Shown here one piece after another: positions 61,997-64,000 of a DNA stretch of 64,000 nucleotides (positions are counted from its first letter, which is position 1; every line of letters begins with the position of its first letter). Below the pieces are notes generated by a model. It saw only the letters and a list, made by a program, of their open reading frames with translations, was not told where the DNA came from and searched no databases. The position numbers and the translations under genes are program-made. The stretch comes from Dendrobates tinctorius (lineage: Eukaryota). The stretch covers positions 12,152,001 through 12,216,000 of the forward strand of contig NW_027361759.1 of the NCBI RefSeq assembly GCF_039654945.1. Reading direction: 5' to 3'.

Positions 61997-64000
61997 TAGG
62001 GCCGCCATCAGGGCATTACTGCCCTGACTGGCGTATGGGGCCCGGTGGGCAGAGGGGGCCTGCATCGGGCCCATCTCCTCTGCTCACCGGGCCCCTACCG
62101 GCAGGTAATCCGGGCCCTTAGCACGGCGCTGTGGCAGCTAAATGTTATTAACATGCGGGCCCGCACATGAATAGTTAACAGCTGCCAGCCAATCGGAGGC
62201 TGGCAGCTGATGTCAGCCGCAGTGCACACATGACTGGCATCTGACGTCACTGTCAGTCGCCGGCGAGTGCGCGCTTCAGCTGCATGGAGGGACGGAGCCT
62301 CGCCACTGGAGCGCGGCCAGGTAAGAAGAACTTGTTTTTTTTTTAATTTTATTTTTGACAGCGGCGATCCAGTAGGCCCAGGGCAGACTGTGAGATGGGG
62401 GCAGAATGCTGGCTGCTGGGGCTGAATGCTGGATGCTGGGCAGAATGCTGGACACTGGGGCAGAATGCTGGACACAGGGGTAGAATGCTGGACACTGGGG
62501 CAGAATGCAGACATTGGGGCAGAATGTTGGACGCTGGGGCAGAATGCTGGATGCTGGGGCAGATTGCAGACATGGGGCAGAATGCTGGATGCTGGGGCAG
62601 AATGCTGGACACTGGGGCAGAATGCTGGATGCTGGGGCAGAATGCTGGACACGGGCAGAATGCTGGACACTGGGGGAGAATGCTGGATGCTGGGGCAGAA
62701 TGCAAGACATGGGGGCAGAATGCTGGACGCTGGAGCAGAATGCAGGACATGGGGGCAGAATGTGACAGTATGACACAGGAGGGGGCAGAATGTGATGGTA
62801 AGACACAGGGGGAACAGAATGTGAGACATGGTGCAGAATGGAGATACGGGACATGATTGGAAACAGGTAGGGCAGGGTTGGAGACAGATAGCACAGGATC
62901 ATGGGGCAGGATGGATATGATGGATACAGATGGGGCAGGATGGGGAGATCATATGGGGCAGAATGGATACTCATGAGGGTGGGATGGGAGAACATATGGC
63001 TTAAGCCAGGAATAAGACACCCGGGGCCAGGATGGGGGATATTATTACCAGAAGGGCTAATTAAGGGATATTATTACTGCAGTGATGTATTTAATTTTTT
63101 GAGTATACTGTTTTAAATGGGGAGGTGGTCCTGTTAATGTGCAGAGCAACACTATGTCGCCTTTTTTTCTTCATGTGGTGTAATGTAGAAGTTGGGAAAA
63201 ATAAGTAATGTGTTCTGCAAGCGGAGCTCTAGATAACTGTGCTATTTTCTGCGGAGACGAGCCCTGGCTGGAAGACGTGATGGCGATCTGTGCTGGATGA
63301 AAGATGAAAAGCAAGGATGAAGGACTTCACCTAGAGACCTAGTGTTACCTATACACTGAAACTATACACTGTATTCTATATACAGAGGTCCTGTGCATAT
63401 TGTCACCAGTGATCACTTTGTTACCTGTACATTATATACTGAGCTCCTGTGTATAAAGTCATTGATCACTATATTACCTGTACACAGACACTGCATACTA
63501 AGTACAGATCTCCTGTGTATAATGCCACTTATGGTGATAGTATTATGCTTTTTTTTATTAATGATCAGTATTGTTGTATTCAGTCACCATGTGGTGGTAA
63601 TATGTAGTCTGGGCATGGTGCGGTGGTATTTGTCCCTTGTATGTGCTATGATTTGGTTACTTTGTGGTGGTAATATGTGGTCTGGTCATGGTGCGGTGGT
63701 ATTTGTTCCTTGCATGTGAAATTATTCGGTCAGTATGGTAGTAATATGTGGTCTGGTCATGGTGTGGCGGTATTTGTTCCTTGTATGTGGTTTTATAGGT
63801 CACTATGTGGTGGTAATATGTGGTCTGGACATGGTGTAGGGGTATTTGTTCTTTGTATGTGATATTATTGGTCATTTTAAAAATTGAAAAATAAATAAAA
63901 ATATACCTAAATTGTATTGCATATTTTAACAAATATTTAATAGGTTACAGTAGAGTAGGGCCTGGCCAAAAGAGTCTACCCTGTTATGGTGGTGGCTTAA
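61997..64000. mobile_element. hAT-like non-autonomous element with ~20-bp (62395-62800) and ~60-bp (63590-63870) minisatellites
   Basis: TAGGGCCGCCATCAG terminus and GGGGCAGAATGCTGGA units; an older related copy lies near 41500-41950. Confidence 0.55.

Noticed and set aside
62095-62995. Cys/Pro-rich 180-244 aa ORFs resembling keratin-associated proteins
   Set aside because: They arise from a ~20-bp minisatellite open in nearly all frames

Overview
Eukaryotic, AT-rich, repeat-saturated DNA with no host protein-coding gene, rRNA, tRNA or CRISPR array that I can support. The repeat spectrum points to an anuran amphibian (inference only). The window is mostly nested transposable elements whose boundaries can be read from TIRs, LTRs and target-site duplications (TSDs). 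(1) Two TTAA-flanked piggyBac-type non-autonomous elements (1195-3714, 54589-59722) each carry a telomere-like (TTAGGG)n tract followed by ~390/374-bp tandem units. (2) A chromodomain Gypsy element (7784-15942) sits inside a Tc1 relic and hosts an ORF-intact Chapaev3-type transposon and two Harbinger MITEs. (3) A Neptune-type Penelope-like element (PLE, 21998-28231) has an inverted 5' end, a type I hammerhead ribozyme motif and a predicted intron; further hammerhead-led short inserts occur at 4705 and 23128. (4) A Helitron relic contains a 6.3-kb hAT element, which in turn holds a fold-back Tc1 with 714-bp arms and a full-length Tc1. (5) A second, ORF-intact copy of that Tc1 lies at 47302-48906. 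(6) A BEL/Pao LTR element (49898-61389) carries a duplication, a deletion and nested insertions. The best candidates for novel biology are the hammerhead + ATG mini-exon + intron module, the telomere/satellite-carrying TTAA element and the fold-back Tc1. All coordinates and mismatch counts were read by eye, and no database searches were run.
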